64,000 nt of DNA from Eledone cirrhosa (lineage: Eukaryota). Below, piece by piece: positions 25,646 through 39,928 of the stretch. The notes beneath the pieces were generated by a model. That model was not told where the DNA came from. It saw only the letters and a program-made list of their open reading frames with translations, and did not search any database. Each line of letters starts with the position of its first letter. Positions within the stretch are counted from its first letter, which is position 1. The DNA lies in the NCBI GenBank assembly GCA_964016885.1, contig OZ024756.1:41726001-41790000 (forward strand), in the 5' to 3' direction. Both the position numbers and the translations under genes were made by a program.

Positions 25646-25986
25646 TACATACGTTTATAAGCACACAAATTACATGGAAGGAATATTGTATATATAGGTT
25701 AAGTAGACAGAGAGAGGGAGAGAGAGAGGGGGGGGGATGTGTTAACAGAACCATCTGTCAATCTTCAAAGACAAACGTGAAGTTGTTTTCAGGCGAAGAC
25801 CCCCACACTGCGTCTGAATGGTAAGAAGGAGGTGTTTTGAAAAAAGTTGAGTGCAAATTATAGAAACAAGAAGAACATAGATTAACCAGTTATATAACAT
25901 TCCTACATCAGCTGGTGCATTTGTTAGATTTTACCACAGGCTAGAAATGTGTCGAGTGACTTGCTGAGGACCACAGTGTCAAAGTG

Positions 25987-26094
<108 letters not shown>

Positions 26095-26438
26095 ATGTAT
26101 ATATATATGTATATGAACACCAGCCTTTACCTCCCAGATCCGGCTTACGCAACCATACCTTAATAACCACTTAATGGGGATGACAGACGTCATCAGGCTG
26201 CTGCTGTTATATATATATATATAGATAGATATATATATATACATATATATAGTAAAATAAAACAAGGACGAGTGGTTACTCCTTCATTATGTTTATTGGC
26301 TGGTTACGCGCGTTTCGCACTGATCAGCTCAAGGTTCGATCTGTATCGATCTAGCCCGACTCTGTACGACACAGAAGTGAACCTAAACATCGAGTGGTCA
26401 CCCGGGTGAACCTACAGTAACTCCAAGTTACACTCCCT

Positions 26439-26499
<61 letters not shown>

Positions 26500-26500
<1 letters not shown>

Positions 26501-26612
26501 AATGCTTACGGCACCTAGGGTTCCCAAGTGGTCCCCCATCTAAGTACTAACTAGGCTCGACGTTGCTTAACTTCGGTGATTGGACGAGAACCGATGTTTT
26601 CAGCGTGACATA
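26500..26612 (-). pseudogene. 5S rRNA pseudogene lacking the first ~10 nt, embedded in (TA)n
   Basis: Minus strand: tcacgctgaaaacatcggttctcgtccaatcaccgaagttaagcaacgtcgagcctagttagtacttagatgggggaccacttgggaaccctaggtgccgtaagcattt, which matches the animal 5S pattern with several substitutions. Confidence 0.9.
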
Positions 26613-26619
26613 TATATAG

Positions 26620-26710
<91 letters not shown>

Positions 26711-26712
<2 letters not shown>

Positions 26713-27030
26713 GTGGCTGCCAACTCGTTTTCGAGTATGGCCACTACTTTATATCCATGTAGGAGAACCCCTACCGATGCGCTGAACGAGTGTGACTTTT
26801 TAGTCCAGCCAGCGACTTGAAAACTCTGGTACAAACACTACACCTGTGACAATTATTGACACATAGTGCTGGGCCCATGGTACCATGTGACGACAAGTGC
26901 AGAGAGATCTCCAGATATAAAGCAATGCCTGTGCCGTGAAGCTTTTATAGTGATCAAATGCACTGCACAAAGCCAGTCCCACTCTCTTAAACAAGATGAT
27001 ATTTACCAAAAAGAAGAACAAGTCAACATC
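26711..27030 (-). mobile_element. 3' fragment of the RTE-like LINE with C2H2 finger
   Basis: Same family and same 3' end as 17203-17371. Confidence 0.75.
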
Positions 27031-27065
27031 ATATATATATACATATATATATATGTGTGTGTATA

Positions 27066-27096
<31 letters not shown>

Positions 27097-27105
27097 GTGT
27101 GTATG

Positions 27106-27517
<412 letters not shown>

Positions 27518-27859
27518 TACATAAACACACACACATATAAATTGCACTCTTTTGTTTCTAATGTACTTCTAAAGAGTCAGAAAACTGTTATACTTCCCCT
27601 GAAAATCTAATGACATATGCGAAATAGTTCCCTTCTTTGGAAGCCAAAGAGGTTTTATCCGCTTCATATTACTACGCGCGAGGAATGTTAGTTTTACGTC
27701 ATCACACTCCAGCTAAAAATATAGATACATCAGTGAATATAATGAATCTATACCAAATATTCTCAGTATATTCCAAATTGGTTCCCTGTTACTTAATCTG
27801 CTGTTATTTTCAGACCAATTCTCTTTGTTGCACGTTTGCTACTGTTTTCATAGCAAACC

Positions 27860-28345
27860 ACTAGAAACTACCTCTGGTTCTATGATACAAAGCTGAATAT
27901 TTGGAGGTGTATATATTTATCTGAAAACTTTTCATCATAATTTTATTTAAGAACCTGTGTTAAGTTATGCTCCAAACCGCCAGAAACTACCCCTGGTTCT
28001 ATGATACAAAGCTGTATATTTCGAGGTGTTATTATGGTGGTGGATTGGCAGTATCGGTAGAGGGTCAGACACCATGCTTTCCAGCATAGTCCCTTTACGA
28101 TCTGAGTTCAAATCCCGCCGAGGTTGACTTTGCCTTTCATCCTTACGGGGTCGATAAAATAAAAGTACCAGTAATGCACTGGGTAATTGCTGGCCTTGTG
28201 CCTAAAGTAGAAACAATTATTTATCTGAAAACTTTTCATCATAATTTCATGTAAGAACCTGTGTTAAGTTATGCTCCAAACCATCAGAAACTACTCCTGG
28301 TTCTATGATACAAAGCTTTATATTTCGAGCTGTATATATTTATCT
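27860..28345 (+). repeat. ~120-bp local tandem duplication (about 2.5 units) interrupted by a SINE at 28039-28213
   Basis: agaaactac...ctggttctatgatacaaagct occurs three times, with a full SINE in the second unit. Confidence 0.75.
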
Positions 28346-28706
28346 AATTTATTTAATTTATGTAAAAACTGGTTCAAGCATTTAAAAGCACTCTACGTCT
28401 GTCGTATATATCCAGCACTGTGATGGCGATTAAATGCGATGAAATAACATTAAGACAGATGTTATGTTTACATAATTTTATTTACTACATTATACATATT
28501 TCAATGACATTGTGGTGTTAGTTATTATGTAATGGTTACATCAGTAATTGACACTGGTGTGACATCATCAGATGTTAACACAATTATGTGAAGTGGTTAT
28601 GTTTGGTATGTTGATATGTCACACACAAACTACTTCCGTCCCGGTGTAAAGTAGGAATCGGTATTATTTAATTATAGTATTAATTTTTCCGTTTGTTTCT
28701 TTTCAG

Positions 28707-28778
28707 GTTACATCATCTGAATGAAGACACACACAATATATTTCCATATCAAATCTATTTCTAATTCATATTTTCAAG
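28707..28778 (+). other. Putative 5' UTR exon of the SLC16 gene
   Basis: Strong acceptor (tttgtttcttttcag|) and a donor (caag|gtatta) 1.3 kb upstream of the first coding exon; no transcript evidence. Confidence 0.35.
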
Positions 28779-29070
28779 GTATTACTATTTTTTACATGAT
28801 TTTTTTTTTTGGAGGGGGGGGGGGGGGGGGGGTATCTTTCAGTTTAACCCATTCACTACCATATTTTAAACGATACACACTGCCTTTGGTTTTCAAATTA
28901 TTTCGAAAATAATCAAGCATTTAGGTAGATTTAAATTCGTTATTAAGCTACAGTTTCGGGCATAACTTAACAGAGGTTCTTACGTAAATTATGATGAACA
29001 GTTTTTAGTTAAATATAAATACCAGTCAACCACTGAGGTTGATTCTTCCTCTATATATCTTTCTCAAACA

Positions 29071-29103
<33 letters not shown>

Positions 29104-29667
29104 TCGCTGGAAGAAATCAGCTATATTCAGACACGGAGTGAGATGGGTTTTGCCAGGTTTTAAGAATGCTCAATTCATACTAAATGTTACTTCGACGTCC
29201 CTACCATTCCACCAGGAGTTAACAGATAAAGAAAACAACATTTTAAAGGAAACACCTCTGAATCATAGAACGAGGAATACTTTCAGGTGGGTTGGTATGA
29301 AAGGGGTTAAAATGTTGGTATTTTTATATTCTGGGAAGCTTTTTTTTTTCATTTCTTTGGCCTAATCTACTTCTGGAGATTAAACAGGTTTGGATTGCTG
29401 TTTCGTGGTTTTAACGGAGTTATGGGGGTTTTTTGATGCGTTCTTCTATTTAGAGGTAAAGAATAGGTGCCAAGATAACACAGGAAAGTTGCTTGTGATA
29501 AGGTAACTTTCTACTCTATCTTGGGAGTGGGGAACATGGTGAGGGTTTACCTCTCAGACAGCGCTACACTTTACCAAATATAGGTCTCGTGGCTTCTTCA
29601 TATATATGTATATGTGTGTGTGTCCATGTGTGTATGTGTGTATTATATATGTATGTATATATATATG

Positions 29668-29722
<55 letters not shown>

Positions 29723-29829
29723 CACACATATATAAGTGTATGTGTGTATATTAATTACATATATATATATAATTATATAATATACACCACACACATATAT
29801 ATATATGTATTTGTGTTTGTGTATGTGTG

Positions 29830-29887
<58 letters not shown>

Positions 29888-30043
29888 ATATATATAGTGA
29901 GTATAACAAAACATTATTAAATATTGTACATCTTCAGAAGCACTATAAATGACTATATAATGACCTGATATTCTTTTTTTTTTCTTTTTTTTTTTTCTTC
30001 TTCTTCTTAACGTCCTACTCAGTGAATTTCACATGATCTGAGG

Positions 30044-30287
30044 ATGACGAACACAAAGAAAGGCACCCTCACCGGCGATGCTAATCCCCCCCGAAAGATA
30101 CCCATTGTACCCGACGGTGGCTGGGGATGGGTAGTTTGTGTGGCCAGCTTCTACTGCAACCTCGTCTGCTCCGGACTGGCCAGTTCTTTTGGAATAATGC
30201 TCATCAATATTTTAGATACATTTCAAACATCGACCACCAAAATTTCCTTAATAGGAAGTATTTTCACGGGGCTGATTTTATCCTGCG
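30044..30287 (+). CDS. SLC16/monocarboxylate transporter family protein, coding exon 1
   Basis: MTNTKK...VPDGGWGWVVCVASF (SLC16 N-terminal signature); donor G|GTAAGT, phase 1; acceptor at 30021-30022. Confidence 0.93.
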
Positions 30288-30483
30288 GTAAGTCAAAACT
30301 TTTAATTAATTTATTTATTTATTTATTTTGTGCATTGGGGGCGGCGTTGGAGAGGAGAGGGAGATCTTGCTTCATTGCTTTTAATTCTGGAGCTGTACCT
30401 TTCTAGCCTGACTTGGTCTGGGAATGTGTGTTGGAACTAAAACAATTACTGTGGGACCATGGACGTGTGATTGTAGCCATAAA

Positions 30484-30540
<57 letters not shown>

Positions 30541-31092
30541 TTTTAAGTGACATTTAGAGTATAGATCTTATGTCATAACTACATTACATAATGATGTTTT
30601 ACCAATTTCCAACCATTTTGAAGACCATATTCTTCAAAACATATAAAAAACAATAGGAAATATTAATTTCACCTCCAAAGTGAAACTGGTGTAATATTAC
30701 ACCCTCCAAAGTGAAAATATTTTAACACCTCAATTATGTAGAAAATCGACAAGACATTTACCTCGAATATAAGTCGACCCCATTTTACCATCAACGTTTT
30801 TTTATCACATATTTCTCGGCTTATATACAAGTATATACTGTAAGTAGATGATAGATATAGTTATTTACATTAGTGAGCGGTTGCTATAGAATTGACCTAT
30901 TAACAAACATTGTTTGGCACAAGAATTGTCCAGACAAGTTGATAACCACAATTTATAAGCAGGTCATAAATTCGAAACATTCCGTAACAAATGTACATGT
31001 AAAGTTCTTTTTTAATTTATGAGATAACAGCTCCTTCGTAATCCTAGACCACTCAACAGTTATGCACATACATTGGTGTCGATGTGTGCAGC

Positions 31093-31435
31093 TTGGTTCC
31101 CTGCCTCATCTAGGAGAACAGTAGCTCAGGTTGGTTCCCTGCCTTATCCAGGAGAACAGTAGCTCAGGTTGGCTCCCTGCCTTATCCAGGAGAATAGTAG
31201 CTCAAGTTGGTTCCCTGCCTTATCCAGGAGAACAGTAGCTCAGGTTGGTTCCCTGCCTTATCCAGGAGAATAGTAGCTCAGGTTGGTTCCCTGCCTTATC
31301 CAGGAGAACAGTAGCTAAGGTTGGTTCCCTGCCTTATCCAGGAGAACAGCAGCTAAGGTTGGTTCCCTGCCTTATCCAGGAGAACAGTAGCTAAGGTTGG
31401 CTCCCTGCCTTATCCAGGAGAACAGTAGAGTAAGG
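31093..31435. repeat. 38-bp minisatellite (9 units)
   Basis: Unit ggttccctgccttatccaggagaacagtagctcaggtt. Confidence 0.92.
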
Positions 31436-32174
31436 AAGTTTGATACATAGAGTACAGAAGTTTGTTGTTATATAGAGTATAGAAGATGTTATATAGAGTA
31501 CAGAAGATGCTATATAGAGTACAGCAGATGTTATATAGAGTACAAACGTTTGTTGTTATATAGAGTACAGAAGTTTATCATTATCTAGAGTATGGAAGTA
31601 AGCTATAGAGTGTAAAATAAGATAACAATACCATAACAATATTATATCTATTGTTATAAAACAATCAAATGTCATATTTTATCAGCTTGTTTGTTGCTGT
31701 TGCTGTTGTTGTTGTTGTTGTTGTTGTTGGAACTGTGAGCTTCAAGCTTATCTTTTTAACTTTTTGCTTTCCTTCTTCTCTTTTTTTCAATTTTCTCTAC
31801 ATTTAAGTAATTTCTGTGACAAATTGATTGTTTGGTTTTTATAAAACAAATTGAAATTAATTTTTTATACTTTGGTAGGGTCATGTTCCTAATAAAACAT
31901 AGGCACCAGTTGACTTTCACTTCAGTTTACTGTTAGTTGAGTGACTAATCCTTCATCGGTTAGTTTTGTAACCGAATGGTTGTTTAGTTGTTAGTTATCA
32001 AAGGTCTTTTGTCACACACCTTGTGACCTTCTAAATGACTTTGCTCTCATCTGTGTTTCCTCTTTATTCTGATCTAGTTCTTTTTACTCCATCTTGTCTT
32101 TTTGAGGTGTATATAGATATATATAAAATAACAAGGTTATATAGTATCTTTGACTATATATATGTATGTATGTG

Positions 32175-32237
<63 letters not shown>

Positions 32238-32619
32238 ATAAACAATACAGTATAATTACCTCATTACCGGAGGTTTCCCGAATAAGACGAATACAAGAAA
32301 CGTCCGCATTCGTTCGTCACCCCCACCCCCACTCACCGCCACCCCCTCACCCCACCCTACTCACCCCTATCCCACTCACCCCCACCCTAGTCACCCCTAC
32401 CTCACTCACCCCCACCTCACCCCTACCCCACTCACCACCAAAAAACAAGTGTGAGAGAAATATATAAACAACAGTGAAAATAAATACTTGTTTTAGCAAA
32501 ATCCTGGCAAAATTGCCAAAAGAGAGTATTTTTTCTTCAAATTCTCCAAAATAACTTTAAAAACAAACTAAAAAAAAAGCCTATTTCAGCGTAGAATTCC
32601 AGAAAGCACCTCTCTTATA

Positions 32620-33284
32620 TAGGTACATATTGTATCTAGGTGTGTGTATACAATATATATGTACATGTACCTAGGTGTGTGTATACAATATATATGTACA
32701 TGTACCTAGGTGTGTGTATACAATATATATGTACATGTACATAGGTGTGTGTATACAATATATATGTACATGTACATAGGTGTGTGTATACAATATATAT
32801 GTACATGTACATAGGTGTGTGTATACAATATATATGTACATGTACCTAGGTGTGTGTATACAATATATATGTACATGTACCTAGGTGTGTGTATACAATA
32901 TATATGTACATGTACCTAGGTGTGTGTATACAATATATATGTACATGTACCTAGGTGTGTGTATACAATATATATGTACATGTATCTAGGTGTGTGTATA
33001 CAATATATATGTACATGTACCTAGGTGTGTGTATACAATATATATGTACATGTACCTAGGTGTGTGTATACAATATATATGTACATGTACCTAGGTGTGT
33101 GTATACAATATATATGTACATGTACCTAGGTGTGTGTATACAATATATATGTACATGTACCTAGGTGTGTGTATACAATATATATGTACATGTACCTAGG
33201 TGTGTGTATACAATATATATGTACATGTACCTAGGTGTGTGTATACAATATATATGTACATGTACCTAGGTGTGTGTATACAAT
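32620..33284. repeat. 35-bp minisatellite (~19 units) built from short palindromes
   Basis: Unit gtacatgtacctaggtgtgtgtatacaatatatat. Confidence 0.92.
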
Positions 33285-33285
33285 A

Positions 33286-33361
33286 CAAGGTGTCCATAAA
33301 GTCTTTGTGCGTTTTAAAATACTTGCAGTATTTTAAATTACAAGCGGAGTTTATGGACACC

Positions 33362-33364
<3 letters not shown>
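33286..33364. mobile_element. ~80-bp Tc1/mariner-like MITE (hairpin)
   Basis: ta|caaGGTGTCCATAAA...TTTATGGACACCctt|ta, with the internal inverted repeat ttttaaaatact/agtattttaaa. Confidence 0.65.
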
Positions 33365-33440
<76 letters not shown>

Positions 33441-33684
33441 TGAACAGGGTGATGTCTTGTTTCCTTGAGCAAGACACTTTATTTCACGTTGCTCCTTCTA
33501 CCTGGAGTTGCGACCGATAGATAGTATTAGCAATTGGAAAGACCAATGGAAACATTGTTTCCTCGGTCCGATTTGACGAAAGTCGATCGACTGTCGATAT
33601 ATATATATGTGTGTGTGTAGATAGATAGATACATTTATGATTCTATCTCTCTCTATATATATATATCTATATATATATATATAT

Positions 33685-33729
<45 letters not shown>

Positions 33730-34214
33730 AACCTGCAGTAGACGTGTGAGGACAAATATAGCTGTACCAATGATAGAATCACTCAATGAAAGAAACTAAA
33801 TTAAACAAAAAACGTGTTAACTACTAAGCCAGGTTTCTCTCTCTTTCTGTCCCCCGCCTCTCTCTCTCTCCCCCTCTCTCTCTCCCTCTCTCTCCCTCTC
33901 TCTCCCACATTGACGAAAGAATGTGAACCTACGCAAGTTCATCATCAAGACATTATTCTTGTTCATCTCCTAAGAGAAATATTTCTAGAAATATTCACCC
34001 TCATCAGCATAATCATCATCATCACCATCATCATCCTTATCATCACCATCATCAGCACCACCATCATCATCCAATCTGTTGCACAAACTGGCATCACAAG
34101 TGCAATACCACTTCAATGCATGAAATTGCATGACAGCAATGTGGCTGACGAGGAAAAGTTGCAGCTGTCTGTTTGTCTTATGTAACTGTGTGAATGTTCT
34201 ACTAATACTATATT

Positions 34215-34268
<54 letters not shown>

Positions 34269-34279
34269 CATATATATCA

Positions 34280-34565
34280 AGTAATTATGCTTTGAAACAG
34301 TGAGCAGGTTTGAAGTTAGAAAATAGAATAACTTTCACCGTATATTTGACTAAAGGAATTTTAGTCTGATAATGGGGTTTAGAACCCTCAGATAAATGGA
34401 AAAAGATGAGGTGTTGGTGTAATGGTAGCACAGTGGTCTGGATAACCAAAGATGTGGGTTCGACTCCCATGTACGGCAACACTCATCTTTTTCCATTTAT
34501 CTGAGGGTTCTAAACCCCATTATCAGACTAAAATTTCTTTAGTCAAAAATACGGTGAAAGCTATT
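34280..34565. mobile_element. Fold-back element with ~90-bp arms (34327-34416 / 34477-34565) enclosing a tRNA-like sequence
   Basis: The arms are near-perfect reverse complements. The core has A box TGGTGTAATGG, an anticodon-like arm tggt-ctggata-acca and B box GGTTCGACTCC. Confidence 0.8.
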
Positions 34566-34676
34566 ATATATATATGTATGTATATATAATAGCTTTCTAC
34601 ACCTCATCACAGAAGTGAACCTAAACATCGAGTGCTCTCCCGGGTGAACCTGCAGTAACTCCAAGTTACACCCCCT

Positions 34677-34708
<32 letters not shown>

Positions 34709-34710
<2 letters not shown>

Positions 34711-35170
34711 TCATCATCATCATCATCATCGTTTAACGTCCGTGTTCCACGCTTGCATGGGTTTGGACGGGAGTTTTCCCACTTGAGGCAAGAGTGATTG
34801 TCTTGCTCGCATAGGACTGTCTGGCGGGTTTTCTACAGCTGGATGCCCTTCCTAACACCAACCACATTTACAGTGTGGGGCTGGGAGGTTTTTACCGTGT
34901 TGCCTACACGGCCACATTACAGCGTGGACTGTATGTTTTTTTTTTTTGTCGTGACACCTACACGATCTCATTTGTTTCTGCATGGATGTTGTGGCACCAA
35001 CATAACTTTACATTGAAAGGGGCGGTGTGGATGTGGTGGGGGTGGTGGAACGGGGGTGTATTTTGTTAGAGATGCCTATTGACTGTAGTAGGTTTTACTT
35101 TGTATTTAGGTAAGGCGGGTCTTCTCTATTACTGAGTACCGCCAGAGGTCTCGGTTCAGTGACATTGTCT
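34709..35170 (-). mobile_element. RTE LINE 3' end with (TGA)n tail
   Basis: Near-identical to 45661-46118; includes the last ORF codons. Confidence 0.85.
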
Positions 35171-35319
35171 TTATATATATATAAATATGTATATATATAA
35201 TATTTTTTTTTTATATATACACACATATATATATATATACACATATATATATATATACACATATATATATACAAATATATATATATATATACATATATAT
35301 TATATTTTTCTCTATCTAG

Positions 35320-35463
35320 GCCCCCTTGCCAGTGCTCTACTGTCTCGATTTGGTCACCGATTTGTCATCATCTTCGGCAGCATATTTGGATCCTTTGGGC
35401 TATTACTCAGTGTATTTGCAATAAATGTTGAGATGTTAATCATAACATTTGGAATCATTGGGG
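35320..35463 (+). CDS. SLC16 family protein, coding exon 2
   Basis: GPLASALLSRFGHRFVIIFGS...LIITFGIIGG; tag| and |gtaagt; 144 nt, phase 1-1. Confidence 0.93.
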
Positions 35464-35566
35464 GTAAGTTTCAATTTTATTTATTATCTGAAATATTTCT
35501 GGAATTTGTTTAGGAGAAAAAAAGTCCTTTGGTTTTTTTTTCTTTTTTCGAGTGTGTGTATCGATG

Positions 35567-35616
<50 letters not shown>

Positions 35617-35723
35617 ATATTATATATATATATATTATATATATATATATTTATATATATATATTATATTATATATTATATATATATATATATATTATAT
35701 ATATATATTATATTATATATATA

Positions 35724-35777
<54 letters not shown>

Positions 35778-35797
35778 ATATATATATATTATATATA

Positions 35798-35942
<145 letters not shown>

Positions 35943-35944
35943 AT

Positions 35945-36101
<157 letters not shown>

Positions 36102-36113
36102 TATATATATAAT

Positions 36114-36181
<68 letters not shown>

Positions 36182-36513
36182 GGGCGAAGGGTGCGTGCAT
36201 GCGTTATAGAATCTTGAGTTGATCAATTGCGTCGGTTGAAGCAGAATTTTGGCTGCTTACTAAACCGTAGACACATAAAAAGACAACACACACACACACA
36301 CACACAAGATAACACTACATGCGGCTTTGACCGGGAGTGTCATTTAGGGAATTGAGGGGGGGGGTAAGGCTGCACAGCCCCACTTTCCGCCATGGCGATT
36401 GGACTGTATGCCCTGCCTTCCAGGCTACCCTTCGCCACTGATATATATATAATAGTAGAACACTCAATGGCATGAGTTTGGTAGAAGTAGTTCCACAACA
36501 GTTAGTTCACCAT

Positions 36514-36556
36514 ACCGAGAACAATTGTTTCACCTTATTCGGATCCTCAGCTCGGT
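36514..36556 (-). ncRNA. Minimal type I hammerhead ribozyme (left arm of fold-back 36482-36643)
   Basis: Minus strand: accgag-CTGAGGA-tcc-gaataa-ggt-GAAA-c-aatt-g-TT-ctcggt. Confidence 0.8.
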
Positions 36557-36568
36557 CTAAAATCGGTG

Positions 36569-36611
36569 ACTGAGCTGATGATCCAAATAAGGTGAAACAT
36601 TTGTTCTCAGT
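36569..36611 (+). ncRNA. Minimal type I hammerhead ribozyme (right arm of fold-back 36482-36643)
   Basis: actgag-CTGATGA-tcc-aaataa-ggt-GAAA-c-attt-g-TT-ctcagt. Confidence 0.8.
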
Positions 36612-36658
36612 ATGGTGAACTAACTGTTGTGGAACTACTTCTATATATATATATATAT

Positions 36659-38032
36659 CATCATCATCATCATCATCACCGTTTTACGTCCGTTCTTCCA
36701 CGCTAGCATGGGTTAGACGGGTTGTCCTGTTGTGGGCAGTGTCTGGTCGGCTGACCATGCCTTGCTCATACAGGAACTGATCTGGCTTGATTTCTACAGC
36801 TGGATGCCCTTCCTAACACCAACCTCATTTACAGTGAGTGCTGGGTGCTTTTTCGTGGCGCCTACACGTCCACTTTACAGTGTGGGCTGGGTGCTTTTTT
36901 GCCGTGGCACCTCCACGGCCACCTTGCGGTGGAGGGGGGGGGGGGGGGGGGCATGTTGTTTATATGCTTCAGCATGTACCCATGGGAGGTCGGGTACCCT
37001 GTATTACTGCGTGACGCCAGAAGTCACGGTCGTGTGTCATTGACTTTGAGAGGTGTAGTTGGGTAAGGTCGGCTTTTATCACCTCATCCCAAGTCATCTT
37101 GGGTCTCCCCACTCCGCGGTTTCCATCAACTTCTAGTGCTCTGCACCTTTTTATGCAGCTGTCATCCTTCATACGCATCACATGTCCATACCAGCGTAAC
37201 CGCCTCTCCTGCACGCAGCATTTGATACCTCTTATGCTCAGTCTCTCTCTCAATTCCTTTATGCTTTGTCGTTCACGTATATTACTGTTACACATCCATC
37301 GGAGCATGCAGGCTTCGTTTCTCTCTAATCTACGTAAGTCTTCCACCTTCAGCGCCCAGGTCTCACTACCATGCAACATCGCTGTTCGGATACACGCATC
37401 ATACAGTCTGCCTTTCATTCTGAGGGAGAAGCCTTTTGCAGCTAGCAGTGGTAGTAGTTCCCTAAACTTCTTCCATCCCGTTCTTACCCTAGTTATTGTA
37501 CTTTCTGAGCACCCACCTCCGTTGCTAATTCGGTCACCTAGGTAGCAGAAGCTGTCTACTGTTTCTACAGGGCCCTCCCAGAGATTGGTGGTACTTGTTT
37601 CCTGTGGCTGTTTGCTTGCTGTTTCAGCACAGCTGCTGCATGTGAATCCTACATTCTTAATTAAGCTTCCTGAGATCCCGCTACATCTCTTGTGTACCCA
37701 TTGTTTGCATTTGGGGCAGAGAATGGAGTTTCTACCTACACCTTTCCTACATACTGAGCAAGGCCATTTCCCTGAGGGGATCTGGGTTCTGTTTTCTCGT
37801 CTACTTACAAGGACCTTAGTCTTTGTCATGTTGACTTTGAGGCCCTTTCTCTCTAGTCCCTGCTTCCAGGTTTGGAATTTATTCTCTAGTTCTACCATAG
37901 ATTCAGCTATGAGTGCGAGGTCATCAGCATACAGGAGTTCCCATGGGCATCCGGTCTTAAACTCCTCCGTTATTGCCTGCAGGACTATGATGAACAGGAG
38001 AGGGCTAAGAACAGAGCCCTGGTGGACCCCAA
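36659..38032 (-). mobile_element. 5'-truncated RTE LINE (RT C-terminal half, Cys-rich insert, 3' UTR)
   Basis: GVHQGSVLSPLLF...ELLYADDLALIA...FCYLGD...MLHGSETW...RRLRWYGHVMR...GRPKMTW; (TGA)n tail. Confidence 0.92.
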
Positions 38033-38152
<120 letters not shown>

Positions 38153-38363
38153 TTTAAGAGTTAAACAAGATTCAATGAATACATCAAAGAATGAGTTTTA
38201 CAATAGATTGGAAGCACTCTACAAAAAATATTTTCCAGAGTTATTAATATTAATTCAAAATATTAACAAAATAGGGTATAAATATTGAGTTTTGTCATAA
38301 GTTAATCATTACCTTGATTAAATCTTAACCATCTACCATGTCAGGGTATGTCATGTATCACTT

Positions 38364-38430
38364 TATTTTATCTGATGAGGACGTACTGGTGAACTTAATT
38401 CAGTGCCTCTGAAATATGTATAATAAAATA
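38364..38430 (+). ncRNA. Minimal type I hammerhead ribozyme
   Basis: tattttat-CTGATGA-ggacgtactg...cagtgcctct-GAAA-t-atgt-a-TA-ataaaata. Confidence 0.72.
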
Positions 38431-38807
38431 TAATTGATCACAAGAATATCTATTTTGTTAATATTTTGAATTAATATTATATATATATATATATATATGT
38501 TTCTACTTTTGGCACAAGGCCAGCAATTATCTCAGTGTATTACTGGTACTTTATTTTATCGACCCCGTAAGGATGAAAGGCAAAGTTAATGGGATAACAA
38601 GTTATAGGTAATCCAGTTAGAGGTTGTGAGTACTCTGCGTCGTGGATAGAATGACGCAACCTCAAGCGATCAACGAACTCTAGACTCACCTGATCAGCGA
38701 ACTCTAGACTCACCTGATCAACGAAACAATTGTCAGTACTTTAAATAAAGCCCCTTATTGTACAGCCAGCCATGTTACTCTTCATTCTTTAATTATATAT
38801 ATTATAT

Positions 38808-38842
<35 letters not shown>

Positions 38843-38843
<1 letters not shown>

Positions 38844-39031
38844 ACGAAGGAAGTGTAGTAAGGAACCAGGTGGTCCATAACGCACCAGAGTACTCGATAC
38901 TTAGAGTAGTAGAGTGGGTAATAGGAAAAGAGTCAGGACCCCGACGGCTGAGCTCCGGCCATTTCGACAGCTGTGTCCGGATCTAGCTGTCGAAACAGCC
39001 GGAGCTCAGCTGTCGGGGTCCTTACTCTTTT
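38843..39031. mobile_element. Fold-back element (47-bp arms 38926-38972 / 38985-39031, plus an 83-bp tail)
   Basis: Same family as 5687-6078 and 53256-53390; flanked by (TA)n. Confidence 0.8.
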
Positions 39032-39049
39032 TATATATATATATTTGTG

Positions 39050-39084
<35 letters not shown>

Positions 39085-39878
39085 CATAGATACCACACTT
39101 GAAAAAAGGAAAGAAAACACACATACTTATATATATAAGTATCTTGCTATATATATATTTCACCGTTCTCATTGGAATTTTTTATTTTATTCTTTATTTT
39201 GGTCTATTTTCCATCATCTGTGTAAATTATCGAATCTATTCTTTCTTTCTAGCTATCTGTTATTTCTCTTTTGTTCTCTCTTTTACATTTTTTGACTGCA
39301 AAAAAAAAAGGGATTTGCCGTTGAGATGCAAAGAAGTTGCCGTCATTGTGGTATAAATAAACAGATGTTACCTGTTAACAAGAACAAGCCATACGTGGTC
39401 CATCCATTCGTCAGTCAGTCTGTCAGTCAGTCAATCAGATGCTCAGTCGGTCAATTGGTGCCAGAAAACCAGATATCTCCCATTCTGTCTAACATCTTCT
39501 TTAAAGTGACCAAGTCTACAACGTTATCGGTGCCAGAGCCAATATGTAAGATTGCAAGCCAAGTAATTCCTCTCATCCGTGGGTACTCAACATCTATGCT
39601 GCTGCTACAACTACTACTACTACTACTTCAACTACTACAACTACAACTACAGTAACTACAACTACTACTGCTATCATTGGAGGTAGAAATCAAAACGACC
39701 AATAGAAAGAAATTTGCTTCTTGTTTGTTGCTTGTTTGTTTCTTTTATTTTATTTTTATTACTGTTTGTTAAATATTTTTTTTCTTTTTCTATATTTCAT
39801 AATAATTTTTCAATTATTTCCAAAGTGTTTTTACTTTTGCTAACTATATGTTTTATTTTAGTCACATGAGATTCAGTC

Positions 39879-39928
<50 letters not shown>

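Noticed and set aside
34415-34478. Functional tRNA gene
   Set aside because: The 5' acceptor strand is missing, and the sequence sits inside a fold-back repeat.
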